Source: an uncultured Rikenellaceae bacterium (GTDB taxonomy: Bacteria > Bacteroidota > Bacteroidia > Bacteroidales > VadinHA17). From it: 64,000 bases of DNA. Positions 18,379-27,980 of this stretch are shown here, one piece after another (within the stretch, counting starts at the first letter, position 1; every line of letters begins with the position of its first letter). A program made the translations under genes and the position numbers. The notes under the pieces are model-generated. The model searched no databases, was not told where the DNA came from, and saw only the letters and a program-made list of their open reading frames with translations. Where the stretch lies: NCBI GenBank assembly GCA_964526345.1, contig CAZGKI010000010.1, positions 19,958 to 83,957 of the forward strand. Direction: 5' to 3'.

Positions 18379-19539
18379 CTATAATCTTCCTGCACCGTTT
18401 CCTATTTCAGGTTGATAAAAATCTGCCTTTAGTCCGGTCATTTTTGTGTATACTGCCGAAAGTTCTTTCATAAACTGAGCCGAATCTTTTGTTCTTACAA
18501 TACTTACAGTACAACCGCCAAAGCCAGCGCCGGTCATTCTGGTACCTATAACACCGGGAAGTTTACGCCCTTCGTAAACTAGAGTATCCAGTTCTGCACC
18601 TGTGACTTCATAGTCGTTTTTAAGCGAATCATGTGATTCATTCATCAGCTCGCCAAAGCGTTCAATATTATTCTCCTTCAATACTTTAACTGCTTCAAGA
18701 ACCCGTCCGTTTTCGCTTATCACATGTGCAGCTCTTTGGACAACAACCGGATCTTTAATATATTTTGCAAGTACATTTATTTCATCAGTATTGAGCTCAC
18801 TGAGGTTCCGTACTGGTTTATATGCGTGTAGCAGTTCAACGGCTTTATCGCATTCAGCCCTTCGCTCATTATATTTAGAATCGGTAAGTCCTCTTCTTTT
18901 ATTTGTATTGGTTATTATAAGTGAACAATCACCAAGCTGCACGGGAATATTTTCATAAGAAAGGGTATCACAGTTCACGAAGATGGCATGATCTTTTTTA
19001 CCAAAACCGGCTGCAAACTGATCCATAATCCCGCAATTCATTCCAACAAATTCGTTTTCAGCCTTTTGGCTCATCTTTACCAGGTCAAGTATACTTAGCC
19101 CTCCATTGTAAATATCGTTCAGGGCAACTGCAGTTACCATTTCAATTGAGGCGGAGGAGGAGAGACCTGCTCCGTTTGGGACATCTCCATAATAGAGTAA
19201 TTCCATCCCTCCGGGTTTGATATTTTTCTTAATAAATTCATTTATGACACCCAGCGGATAATTGATCCACTTCTTGCCAGTATTAACAAATAACCCTTTT
19301 ATGTTAGTCTCTTCATCACTGTTAAAGTTTAGAGTACTGAACCTGAGGATATTACTTTTTATTTGCCTGGCAAGAAGATATGTACCATAGTTCAGGGCGC
19401 ATGGGAAGACATAACCTCCGTTATAGTCAGTATGTTCGCCAATCAGATTTACTCTTCCGGGAGAGAAAAAAAGAACAGGCTCTTCATTCCTGTTCCCGTA
19501 TTTTTCAAAAAATTTATCATAAAACTTACTAATATCCAT
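18379..19539 (-). CDS. galK: Galactokinase
   Basis: 'GRVNLIGEHTDYNGG' and 'PNGAGLSSSAS' GHMP kinase signatures. The ATG at 19539 lies 3 nt after the dnaA stop. Confidence 0.9.
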   Translation of the reverse strand: MDISKFYDKFFEKYGNRNEEPVLFFSPGRVNLIGEHTDYNGGYVFPCALNYGTYLLARQIKSNILRFSTLNFNSDEETNIKGLFVNTGKKWINYPLGVINEFIKKNIKPGGMELLYYGDVPNGAGLSSSASIEMVTAVALNDIYNGGLSILDLVKMSQKAENEFVGMNCGIMDQFAAGFGKKDHAIFVNCDTLSYENIPVQLGDCSLIITNTNKRRGLTDSKYNERRAECDKAVELLHAYKPVRNLSELNTDEINVLAKYIKDPVVVQRAAHVISENGRVLEAVKVLKENNIERFGELMNESHDSLKNDYEVTGAELDTLVYEGRKLPGVIGTRMTGAGFGGCTVSIVRTKDSAQFMKELSAVYTKMTGLKADFYQPEIGNGAGRL

Positions 19540-19542
19540 CAA

Positions 19543-20973
19543 TCACACTTTTAATTTCTTTTCAATTTCATTGATCTGGTTTCTGAAATGCTTGTCTGTA
19601 TCGATAAGGTTGTTTACTGTTTTACAGGCGTGCAAAACAGTTGCATGGTCCTTACCACCGATATGTGATCCGATGCTTGCAAGTGAGGCTTTTGTAAGGC
19701 TTTTGGAAAAATACATTGATACCTGCCGGGCCTGGACTATTTCTCTCTTTCTGGTCTTGCCCTGGATAAGGTCAACAGGTATCTTATAATAATCGCAAAC
19801 GGTTTTCTGGATATAATCAATGGTTATCTCCTTTCTTGCAGTACTTATCAGTTTTTCAACCATCAGTCTGGCAAGATCAAGTGTGATCTCTTTCCTGTTT
19901 AATGTGGATTGGGCGTAAAGTGAAATAAGAACTGCCTCCAGTTCCCTGATATTATTTGAAATATTCACGGCAAGAAATTCAAATACTTCTTCCGGCAGTT
20001 CTATTCCATCATTATATGCTTTTTTCTTAAGGATAGCCAGCCGTGTCTCATAATCAGGACGCTGAAGATCGGCCTGCAGTCCCCATTTAAAACGCGAAAG
20101 AAGCCTTTGTTCCAAACCCTGAAGATCAACAGGGGGTTTGTCGCAGGTCAGGATAAGCTGTTTACCTGACTGATGAAGGTGGTTGAAGATATGGAAAAAT
20201 GTGTCCTGTGTTTTTTCCTTGCCGGCAAACTCATGAACATCATCCAGGATAAGCACGTCTATCATCTGGTAGAAATGAAGGAAATCATTCTTGTTGTTGT
20301 TTCTCACAGACTCAACAAACTGCGTCTGAAACTTATTGGCATTAACGTAGAGAACAGTCTTATCAGGATGTTTCTCCTTAACGAGAATACCGATTGCCTG
20401 AGCCAGATGAGTTTTTCCAAGGCCTGAATCGCCATAGATCATAAGCGGGTTAAAAGCTGTGCCTCCTGGATTATTACCTACAGCAATACCTGCTGATCTG
20501 GCAAGTCTGTTACATTCGCCTTCTACATAATTGGTGAAATTATAATCAGGATTCAGTTTTGGATCAAAATGTACTTTCTTTATTCCGGGAATTACAAAAG
20601 GGTTCTTTATTGAAGGCTGGGTAACATCAAAAGGTACCTGTACAGGTCTGTTAATCAGGTCAGTTTTGTTTCTGGAAGGATACCTTACAGTATAAGGCTT
20701 GCCATCAGAATAATTGGCATTTTCCATCACGACGTTATATTCAAGCTTGGCTTCGGTTCCGATCTCACGTCTCAAAGTCTTTCGAAGAATATCAATGTAT
20801 TGTTCCTCCAGATACTCGTAGAAAAAAGGACTGGGCACCTGGATTGTCAGTACATTATTTTCAAGTTTTAATGGGATGATCGGTTCAAACCATGTTTTAT
20901 AGCTGATGGATGGTATAATATCTTTGATTATCTGGAGACAGTTATTCCATACGTCATGATGTGTTTTGTTCAT
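19543..20973 (-). CDS. dnaA: Chromosomal replication initiator protein DnaA
   Basis: Walker A 'GDSGLGKTHL', 'LILDDVHEF', and the C-terminal DNA-binding 'IGGKDHATVLHACK'. Confidence 0.95.
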   Translation of the reverse strand: MNKTHHDVWNNCLQIIKDIIPSISYKTWFEPIIPLKLENNVLTIQVPSPFFYEYLEEQYIDILRKTLRREIGTEAKLEYNVVMENANYSDGKPYTVRYPSRNKTDLINRPVQVPFDVTQPSIKNPFVIPGIKKVHFDPKLNPDYNFTNYVEGECNRLARSAGIAVGNNPGGTAFNPLMIYGDSGLGKTHLAQAIGILVKEKHPDKTVLYVNANKFQTQFVESVRNNNKNDFLHFYQMIDVLILDDVHEFAGKEKTQDTFFHIFNHLHQSGKQLILTCDKPPVDLQGLEQRLLSRFKWGLQADLQRPDYETRLAILKKKAYNDGIELPEEVFEFLAVNISNNIRELEAVLISLYAQSTLNRKEITLDLARLMVEKLISTARKEITIDYIQKTVCDYYKIPVDLIQGKTRKREIVQARQVSMYFSKSLTKASLASIGSHIGGKDHATVLHACKTVNNLIDTDKHFRNQINEIEKKLKV

Positions 20974-21319
20974 TTAGGTTTGTTATTTTTATTTTTAAGG
21001 TCAGGATATAACTGATTTGACTAGCAATATTTGTAAAAAAAAAACTTAAAAAAAAAATTTTTTTTACTTGATTTTTTCAAAAAAAGTATATGTTTTTAAT
21101 CATCAGCAACTTATGGAATGATTTTTTTTTAAATGATTCAAGTTGGTGAATTATAATGAATTACAATTAACTGATTTGGTTTGTCAGTGTATTACAACTC
21201 ATTATGAACTCTTACTCAAAAATCAACAATTTTGATCTAAAACGAGTATTATTTTGACGTTAGTTTTATAAAATTTTTCAAGTTCAAGATAATCTGAATT
21301 TTAGAAATTCAGATCATTT
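20974..21319. other. Very AT-rich intergenic region upstream of dnaA; candidate replication-origin/DNA-unwinding region
   Basis: A 346-bp ORF-free gap with A10, A10T8, A7 and T9 homopolymer runs, and a direct repeat 'aactgatttg' x2. I found no DnaA box within 2 mismatches of TTATCCACA by eye. Confidence 0.3.
21293..21313 (-). terminator. Hairpin immediately downstream of the MCE/MlaD gene
   Basis: A perfect 9-bp stem TCTGAATTT / AAATTCAGA with a 3-nt loop, 6 nt after the stop codon. The U-tract is weak and the stem AT-rich. Confidence 0.4.
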
Positions 21320-22267
21320 TTATTGATTATTTTTCTTGCCAAAGAGAGAAAAGTGAACATATCTTTTCGGATTGGTTTTCATGTCCTGAAGAAGCAGGTT
21401 AAGATTTGCAAGACTGTTGTTAAGATTTATATAAAGTGAGTCGTTTGTAAATAATTGTCCGGCACTTCCTTTTCCGTTGTTCAGGTTATCAATCAGGGAG
21501 GATGCTTTTTCCAGGCTTTTCTTCAGGTTTAATACGGAAGTGTAAATATCTGCTGCTGCCAGAGTATCGGTTATCGACTCCAGATTACTGATAGTACTGC
21601 TCATTTTTTCCGTATTATCAGAAAGCATCCGGGAGAATTTTGAAATATTTTCAAGGGTTGCCTTAAGATCTTTTTCCTTTGATCCGATAATGTTGTCAAT
21701 GCTTTCCGAAGTGCTGTTCAGGTTAGCCATAGTACCCTGCAGGTTTTTCCTGAATTCAGGATCCATTATTTCGTTTAATGAGGAGATTGTTGAATCAAGT
21801 ACATTTATCAGGGAAATCATTTTCTCTTTTATCGGATGCAACTCAGTTTCAACAATATTCAGGAGCGATTCAGCAAGCCTTCCCGGGATGGTATCTCCCG
21901 GCGAATAAAATCCCGGACCATTGCCATATACGAATTGCACCTTCATACCGGCAATAATTGAAACAGGAGTAATCTCCGCAACAGTATTTTCTGGAAGCTT
22001 GAAACCTTTGCTTACAGAAAAAACAACAAGCAACTTACCTGAGGTCTCATTAAGAAAATCTATCGACTGCACCACTCCAACCTTGTAGCCGTTAATTTCA
22101 ACAGGGCTGGATTCTGCAAGTCCGCCAACATTATCATAAACTGAATAGTAATATCCTGTACTCTTAAAATATTCTTTACCTTTTAAAAAATTATAAAGCC
22201 AAATAAATACGAGGATAGTAACTATTGCCACTGCTCCAACCTTAACTTCATTTGAGAGTTTTATCAT
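21320..22267 (-). CDS. MCE/MlaD-family protein
   Basis: N-terminal TM segment and Mce domain ('VGGLAESSPVEINGYKVGVVQSI'), followed by a long coiled C-terminal region. Confidence 0.75.
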   Translation of the reverse strand: MIKLSNEVKVGAVAIVTILVFIWLYNFLKGKEYFKSTGYYYSVYDNVGGLAESSPVEINGYKVGVVQSIDFLNETSGKLLVVFSVSKGFKLPENTVAEITPVSIIAGMKVQFVYGNGPGFYSPGDTIPGRLAESLLNIVETELHPIKEKMISLINVLDSTISSLNEIMDPEFRKNLQGTMANLNSTSESIDNIIGSKEKDLKATLENISKFSRMLSDNTEKMSSTISNLESITDTLAAADIYTSVLNLKKSLEKASSLIDNLNNGKGSAGQLFTNDSLYINLNNSLANLNLLLQDMKTNPKRYVHFSLFGKKNNQ

Positions 22268-22279
22268 TTGAACGAGATT

Positions 22280-23428
22280 TTATTTCTTTTTGGTTTGTTC
22301 CAGAGCCTGCCGTAAAGGTAATATTTTGTTATCTTTTACAGCAATAACAAAGGCATCAGGATATAATGATTCTATTTTTTTCCTGTATTTTACTGCTTCA
22401 GAGTAATCGTCAAACTGACCGGAAGCATATTTATAACGGTCCTGTGCATTGATCTCAATTATATCTTTAACGCCTTTAAAATTTCCCGGTTTAATTTCTG
22501 TTCTTGACGATGAAGTGACTATCTGGACCATAAAAATTATTTTTTCCGGAATTGAAGCAATGTCCGGTGCCGGCTCTTTTGTTGTCTCAGTATTCTGCAC
22601 TGAAATGCTGCTTTTGCTGTCAATATCATTAATATAATCCCTGCAGGCCCTGTATATGGCTGATGCAATATAGTCCTGCCCCTGTTTTGAATTAAGGTAT
22701 TTTTCTTCCGCGAGATTGGTAATAAAGCCAGTTTCGATAAGTACACTGGGCATGGTTGTATTGAATAATACCCAGAATCCTGCCTGTTTAACACTCCGGT
22801 CCTTGCGGTTGACCCTTTCACTGAACTGTGTTTGTATCCTGGAAGCAAGATCTGTACTCTGTTTCTGAAAAACATTTTGCATCAGGGTAAACATGATATA
22901 AGATTCGGGAGAGTTTGGATCAAAACCTTTATACTTGGCTGAATAATCCTCTTCCAGAAGTATAACAGCATTTTCTTTCATGGCAACCTCAAGGTTTTGC
23001 TGGTCTTTTGCCAGACCCATAATATATGATTCAGATCCAAAAACATTTTTTGACGATGCCCAATTGGTATGAATAGAGATAAAAAGGTCGGCATTGTTCT
23101 TATTGGCAATTTTTGGCCGGTCAAGCAGATCAACTGTCGTATCCTTGTCCCTTGTGTAAATGACGATAACATCCTTAATGTTATTCCGGATGTATTCACC
23201 TGTTTTTAAGGCAATTGCGAGATTTATATTTTTTTCTTTACTAAAACTTCCTATTGCACCCGGGTCTCTTCCACCATGTCCCGGATCGATAACTATCACC
23301 CATTTACCATCAGTTTTGGGATCAGGAGTTGTTCCTTTAAGTGTACAGGAGACCACAAAAAAGAAAATCAAAGCCAGTGCATATATATTAATAGTATGAA
23401 GTTTCCCGTTTTTAATTTCAGTACTCAT
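22280..23428 (-). CDS. N-acetylmuramoyl-L-alanine amidase with C-terminal SPOR domain
   Basis: 'IDPGHGGRDPGA', 'SIHTNW' and 'PSVLIETGFITN'. The C-terminal 'FMVQIVTSS...YKYASGQFDDYSEAVKYRKKIESLYPDAFVIA' is SPOR-like. The start is placed at the internal Met (MSTEIK...) ahead of the leader; 23482 or 23467 are also possible. Confidence 0.8.
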   Translation of the reverse strand: MSTEIKNGKLHTINIYALALIFFFVVSCTLKGTTPDPKTDGKWVIVIDPGHGGRDPGAIGSFSKEKNINLAIALKTGEYIRNNIKDVIVIYTRDKDTTVDLLDRPKIANKNNADLFISIHTNWASSKNVFGSESYIMGLAKDQQNLEVAMKENAVILLEEDYSAKYKGFDPNSPESYIMFTLMQNVFQKQSTDLASRIQTQFSERVNRKDRSVKQAGFWVLFNTTMPSVLIETGFITNLAEEKYLNSKQGQDYIASAIYRACRDYINDIDSKSSISVQNTETTKEPAPDIASIPEKIIFMVQIVTSSSRTEIKPGNFKGVKDIIEINAQDRYKYASGQFDDYSEAVKYRKKIESLYPDAFVIAVKDNKILPLRQALEQTKKK

Positions 23429-23490
23429 ATTAAGTTCATGTTTTTTTAATAGTTTTACCGCTGACATCCCGAAGTCGCACAAAAACTATA

Positions 23491-23498
23491 CAAAAATA
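23491..23498 (-). promoter_or_regulatory. Bacteroidota-type -7 promoter box (TATTTTTG on minus strand)
   Basis: Plus-strand 'caaaaata' lies upstream of the amidase gene. It is too close to the 23482 ATG for that codon to be the real start. Confidence 0.4.
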
Positions 23499-23507
23499 GT
23501 ATTTAAG

Positions 23508-26165
23508 TTGTATTTTTTTAAACAAAAGCGGTTCCTTATCGTGTTCCTCGTGATGGTCCAGTATTTATCATTGTTCTCTCAGGAAAGAAGAAGTATTCCC
23601 GATACATTGCTTGTTAAGAATGATACCATCGTTGCCGATACAATAAAGAGTTTGAAAAGGATATCAGCCGATGCTATCGACAAACAGGTAACATATACAG
23701 CTGAGGGGTATATTAAAAATGACCTAATCGCAAAAAAAGCCATTCTCGTAAAAAATGCAAAAGTGAATTATGGAGATATTGAGATCAATGCCGATTCCAT
23801 TGTCTTTGATATGGATTTAAATCTTGTTATTGCAGTAGGCCTGAAAGATTCCACCGGAACAGTGGTGGGCAAGCCTGATTTTAAATCAGGTACACAGGAA
23901 TTCCAGTCTGATACGCTTAAGTACAATTTTAAAACAAAAAAGGCATATATAAGGAATATTGTTACACAGCAGGATGAAGGTCTTCTGCGCAGCTCAGCAA
24001 CTAAATTGCTTGCGGACGGAACTTCCAACATATTCAGCAGCACTTATTCCACCTGCGATCTGGATACGCCACATTTCTATATTTACCTCCGCAAGGCAAA
24101 AGTATACCCTGGGAAGAAAATTATTTCCGGTCCGGGTAATCTTGTTATTGAGGGGATCCCTCTTCCACTTTTTATACCATTCGGATTTTTCCCTATCCAG
24201 ACTAAGAAAGCTGCATCGGGACTTATTATCCCAAATCCGCATTATGAATCTGGACGGGGTTATGCGCTTTCTGACGGCGGATATTATTTTGCTGTTAATA
24301 ATTATTTCGATCTGACCCTGAAAGGAAATATCTATACAAATGGATCATGGCTGGTATCAGCTATGACCAGTTATAATAAGCTGTATAAATATAGCGGCAA
24401 CTTCTCATTCAGCTATGCGGATAATAAGCTTGGTCATAAAGGACTGCCCGATTACAGTGAATCAACTAATTATAGTCTTGGATGGACTTATGCCCAGAGT
24501 GCAAAGGCGAGACCAGGTTCGAGGTTCTCAGCCAGTGTGAATATGAGTTCCAGCGGATATGACAGGAATAACAGCTATAACCTGAGTGATCATATAAACA
24601 CAACCCGTCAGTCAAGTGTAAGTTATTCAAAATCGTGGGAAGGAACACCTTTTAACCTTTCTGCCAGTATGAACCAAAGCCAGAATGTGAAGAATAAAAC
24701 AGTAGCACTGAACTTGCCTAAGTTGAATTTTAATGCCTCAAGGATCTATCCTTTACAGGGCAGAAACAGCATCGGAGCAAGAAAGTGGTACCAGGAACTT
24801 CAGTTTCAGTATACCGCTTCCCTCGATAATCAAATTAGTACTTACGACAGCCTCCTCTTTACAAATAAGGTCTGGAATAACACAAAAAGCGGGTTTACAC
24901 ACGAGATTCCACTCAGCCTGCAGATCCGTCTGTTTAAGAACTTCTCTATTTCTCCCCAGGTGTCATATAAGGGTGTTCTTTATACACAGAAGATTGAAAA
25001 GAAATGGGATCCCGCTTACCGGGATCCGGTAACCGATGAGATAGTACCTTCAGTGGTAATTGATACCACAAGAGGGTTATTTTACGGGCAGGCTTTAAAA
25101 ACATCAATAAGCGCCGGTTACAGTCCCCAGATATTTGGTACATTCGATTTTAAAAACCCGGATTCAAGGATTGATGCAATAAGACATGTCATGAAACCTT
25201 CCATAAGTTTCAGTTATGTGCCTTCTTTTAGTGGCCTCAGCTCGAAAATGTACCGGCAGGTTCAGATTGATACATCAGGACGAACAAGCGAATACTCTAT
25301 ATATGAGGGGAATATATATGGAACACCTTCATTATCATCTAAAAGTGGAAACGTGACATTAAGTCTGACCAATATACTTGAAGCAAAGGTCTTTGCGCGA
25401 AATGATACAACAGGCAAACCAAAGAAGATAAAACTGATTGATAATTTTGGGATATCAACTGCCTACAACGTTTTTGCCGATTCTTTAAACTGGAGTCCTG
25501 TATCCATGGTTATGAGAACGTCTCTGATAGAGAATATAAACATATCGGCCAATGCTAGTTTTTCCCTTTATGCTCTCGATAGCCAGGGGCGTCAGACGGG
25601 AACATTTTACTTCAAGGAGACCGGGAAGCTTATGCGACTGAATAACGTTAATTTCGGCCTCGACTTCAGTCTCAGCGATCTCCTGAAAGGGAAAAGTACC
25701 AAAAAGACAACAAGTAATACTCCCGGATCACAAAAATATGGAGTATCTGGTCCTGAAGTACCAAATGACATAAATCCGGTCAGTGGACAAAACGCTGGCA
25801 TAAGCCAGTTTGATGAATTCGGATATATGAAATTCGATGCCCCATGGACTATGAATATAAGTTATGCGTTAAATTATGCAAAACCTTCGACGACGTCAGT
25901 AATATCACAGACCATTTCCGTTAACGGAACTCTCCAGCTGACAAAAAAGACCAACATCACATTTAACTCCGGATATGATTTAAAAGCAAAAGCAATAACC
26001 ATGACCCAGATGCATGTAACCCGTGATCTTCATTGCTGGGAGATGAGTTTTGACTGGATACCAAATGGTTATATGAGAATGTGGACATTCTCAATCAGGG
26101 TTAAGGCTTCAGTCCTGGCCGACCTCAAATATGATAGACGAAAAGATTATCATGACAATTATTAA
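23508..26165 (+). CDS. Putative LPS-assembly protein LptD-like outer-membrane protein
   Basis: 885 aa with a leader ('KQKRFLIVFLVMVQYLSLFSQ') and an OstA-like N-terminal segment ('AKVNYGDIEINADSIVFD'). The long beta-rich C-terminus ends with aromatic-rich strands. TTG start is uncertain. Confidence 0.6.
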   Translation: MYFFKQKRFLIVFLVMVQYLSLFSQERRSIPDTLLVKNDTIVADTIKSLKRISADAIDKQVTYTAEGYIKNDLIAKKAILVKNAKVNYGDIEINADSIVFDMDLNLVIAVGLKDSTGTVVGKPDFKSGTQEFQSDTLKYNFKTKKAYIRNIVTQQDEGLLRSSATKLLADGTSNIFSSTYSTCDLDTPHFYIYLRKAKVYPGKKIISGPGNLVIEGIPLPLFIPFGFFPIQTKKAASGLIIPNPHYESGRGYALSDGGYYFAVNNYFDLTLKGNIYTNGSWLVSAMTSYNKLYKYSGNFSFSYADNKLGHKGLPDYSESTNYSLGWTYAQSAKARPGSRFSASVNMSSSGYDRNNSYNLSDHINTTRQSSVSYSKSWEGTPFNLSASMNQSQNVKNKTVALNLPKLNFNASRIYPLQGRNSIGARKWYQELQFQYTASLDNQISTYDSLLFTNKVWNNTKSGFTHEIPLSLQIRLFKNFSISPQVSYKGVLYTQKIEKKWDPAYRDPVTDEIVPSVVIDTTRGLFYGQALKTSISAGYSPQIFGTFDFKNPDSRIDAIRHVMKPSISFSYVPSFSGLSSKMYRQVQIDTSGRTSEYSIYEGNIYGTPSLSSKSGNVTLSLTNILEAKVFARNDTTGKPKKIKLIDNFGISTAYNVFADSLNWSPVSMVMRTSLIENINISANASFSLYALDSQGRQTGTFYFKETGKLMRLNNVNFGLDFSLSDLLKGKSTKKTTSNTPGSQKYGVSGPEVPNDINPVSGQNAGISQFDEFGYMKFDAPWTMNISYALNYAKPSTTSVISQTISVNGTLQLTKKTNITFNSGYDLKAKAITMTQMHVTRDLHCWEMSFDWIPNGYMRMWTFSIRVKASVLADLKYDRRKDYHDNY

Positions 26166-26174
26166 AAACCCCAA

Positions 26175-26555
26175 ATGATGAAAAGAATAATCAGAACTTC
26201 CAGTGCACCTGCTGCCATTGGCCCTTATAGTCAGGCTGTTGAGATAAACGGAACACTCTATATATCGGGTCAGGTACCTGTCGATCCGAAAACCGGCAAG
26301 CTCGTTGAGGGAGATATTACTATTCAGACAAAACAGGTATTTAAAAATATTGAGGCGATACTTCGAGAGGCCGGATATAATTTTACTGAAGTAGTTAAGT
26401 CTACCTGTTTTCTGAGCAATATCTCCGATTTTAAGGCAATGAATGAAATCTATGCTCAATATTATTCTGAGAACCAGCCTGCAAGAGCTGCCTTCGCGGT
26501 GAAAGACCTGCCTATGGGTGCCTTGATCGAAATAGAGACGATTGCAGTGAAATAA
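26175..26555 (+). CDS. ridA: RidA/YjgF-family reactive-intermediate deaminase
   Basis: 'APAAIGPYSQAV...LYISGQVP' and 'PARAAFAVKDLPMGALIEIE', classical YjgF/RidA motifs. Confidence 0.85.
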   Translation: MMKRIIRTSSAPAAIGPYSQAVEINGTLYISGQVPVDPKTGKLVEGDITIQTKQVFKNIEAILREAGYNFTEVVKSTCFLSNISDFKAMNEIYAQYYSENQPARAAFAVKDLPMGALIEIETIAVK

Positions 26556-26637
26556 TCTTACTATTTTACCCCCTCTCCGGCTAAAGCGGGATTTCCCCCG
26601 GGTGGGAAATGAAAAGGGGGATGATTTCAATAAAAAA

Positions 26638-26659
26638 GACCGGACAAAATTGTCAGGTC
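26638..26659. terminator. Bidirectional intrinsic terminator between convergent ridA and rplI
   Basis: Stem GACCGGACA / TGTCAGGTC (9 bp, 1 mismatch) with loop AAAT. It is flanked by A6 (26632-26637) and TTT (26660-26662). The minus-strand reading gives the better U-tract. Confidence 0.55.
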
Positions 26660-26681
26660 TTTACAGTTCAGTGCAGTATTA

Positions 26682-27128
26682 TTATTCTGCAATTATCTCA
26701 AAGTCAATCTCAACTTTGATATCCCTGTGCAGCTTAATAACAGCTTTATAATTTCCGATTTCTTTTATCTGGTCTTCAGGAAGCGATATGCTTTTACGGT
26801 CAATCTCAAATCCTTTTTCTTTAAGAGCTTCAGCAATTTGAATTGTATTGACAGATCCGAAAATTTTTCCTGAGGTGCTTGTTTTGGCTCCGACAACGAT
26901 CTTAATATCAGCCATTTTAGCAGCCAGCTCCCGGGCTTCAGCCTTGATCTTTTCCTCTTTATGAGCTCTTTGTCTGAGATTCTCAGCATGCATTTTCTTT
27001 GCAGAAGATGTTGCAGCTATGGCAAATCCCCTGGGTATAAGGAAATTTCTTCCATATCCGGATTTAACATGCACCAGATCATCCTTTTGTCCAAGTTTCT
27101 GAACGTCCTGTAATAATATTATTTCCAT
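26682..27128 (-). CDS. rplI: 50S ribosomal protein L9
   Basis: 'MEIILLQDVQKLGQKDDLVHVKSGYGRNFLIP' is the canonical L9 N-terminus. It lies in an rpsF-rpsR-rplI cluster. Confidence 0.95.
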   Translation of the reverse strand: MEIILLQDVQKLGQKDDLVHVKSGYGRNFLIPRGFAIAATSSAKKMHAENLRQRAHKEEKIKAEARELAAKMADIKIVVGAKTSTSGKIFGSVNTIQIAEALKEKGFEIDRKSISLPEDQIKEIGNYKAVIKLHRDIKVEIDFEIIAE

Positions 27129-27140
27129 TTTATATCCTCC

Positions 27141-27410
27141 TTATTTTAACAAGTCAGTAACATAAGGAAGAAGGGCAATATGACGTGCTCTCTTAACAGC
27201 TTTTGCCACTTTCCTCTGATATTTAAGAGACGTGCCGGTAATCCTGCGCGGAAGGATCTTTCCCTGGTCATTCAGAAACTTCTTGAGGAATTCAGGATCT
27301 TTATAATCGATATATCGGATCCTGTTCTTCTTAAATCGACAGTATTTCTTCTTTTTGACTTCAACAGTAGGGGGAGTCAAATATCTGATTTCTGATTCAT
27401 TCTGTGCCAT
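27141..27410 (-). CDS. rpsR: 30S ribosomal protein S18
   Basis: '[50 protein letters not shown]'. Confidence 0.95.
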   Translation of the reverse strand: MAQNESEIRYLTPPTVEVKKKKYCRFKKNRIRYIDYKDPEFLKKFLNDQGKILPRRITGTSLKYQRKVAKAVKRARHIALLPYVTDLLK

Positions 27411-27413
27411 ATC

Positions 27414-27767
27414 TTATTCCTCCTTTGTAGTTACTGATTCTTTCTGTTTTCTTTTTTTCTCGGCATATTCAACAGCAAATTTCTCCATCCTGAATGTCAG
27501 GAACCTGATAATTCTCTCATCGCGACGATATTGAACTTCAAGTTTGTCTATAAGGCTGCCTTCACCCTTGAATTCAATAAGATAATAGAATCCGGTTGAT
27601 TTCTTCTGAATAGGATAGGCCAGTTTTTTAAGGCCCCAGTTCTCTTCATGAACGATCTCACCATCATTGTCGGTGATGACCTTCTTGAATTTAAGTACCG
27701 CTTCCTTCATCTGGTTCTCAGATAAAACGGGAGTTGCAATGAAAACGGTTTCGTACTGATTTAACAT
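27414..27767 (-). CDS. rpsF: 30S ribosomal protein S6
   Basis: '[10 protein letters not shown]' is a typical S6 start. A -7 box at 27804-27811 lies inside the longer ORF-track version, which supports the internal Met. Confidence 0.9.
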   Translation of the reverse strand: MLNQYETVFIATPVLSENQMKEAVLKFKKVITDNDGEIVHEENWGLKKLAYPIQKKSTGFYYLIEFKGEGSLIDKLEVQYRRDERIIRFLTFRMEKFAVEYAEKKRKQKESVTTKEE

Positions 27768-27803
27768 AATAATAGTCTGAATTGAATTAATTAATTTGGC
27801 TCG

Positions 27804-27811
27804 CAAAAGTA
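27804..27811 (-). promoter_or_regulatory. Bacteroidota-type -7 promoter box (TACTTTTG on minus strand)
   Basis: Plus-strand 'caaaagta', 37 nt upstream of the rpsF ATG at 27767. Confidence 0.5.
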
Positions 27812-27936
27812 CAATTATTTTAATTTAAACAAAAATTAATGCACGGAAAATTATGCCTTTATGCCAATTGATAATTTTTTGTTTGTTTTCATCCTTCATA
27901 GTTTTCAACACTTATTTCTCAGTTTTCCTTTTTAAC

Positions 27937-27960
27937 TATCTTTGTTTTGCAATAACTTTG
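27937..27960 (+). promoter_or_regulatory. Two tandem -7-type boxes (TATCTTTG 27937-27944; TAACTTTG 27953-27960) upstream of dnaX
   Basis: Both match TAnnTTTG exactly, 37 and 21 nt upstream of the ATG at 27981. Confidence 0.45.
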
Positions 27961-27980
27961 AAAGCGAAAGTCAATTTTTT

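Noticed and set aside
26109-26630. 173-aa minus-strand ORF covering the ridA locus
   Set aside because: It fully overlaps the strongly recognisable RidA gene and extends over the GC-rich hairpins, where stop codons are depleted. I treat it as spurious.
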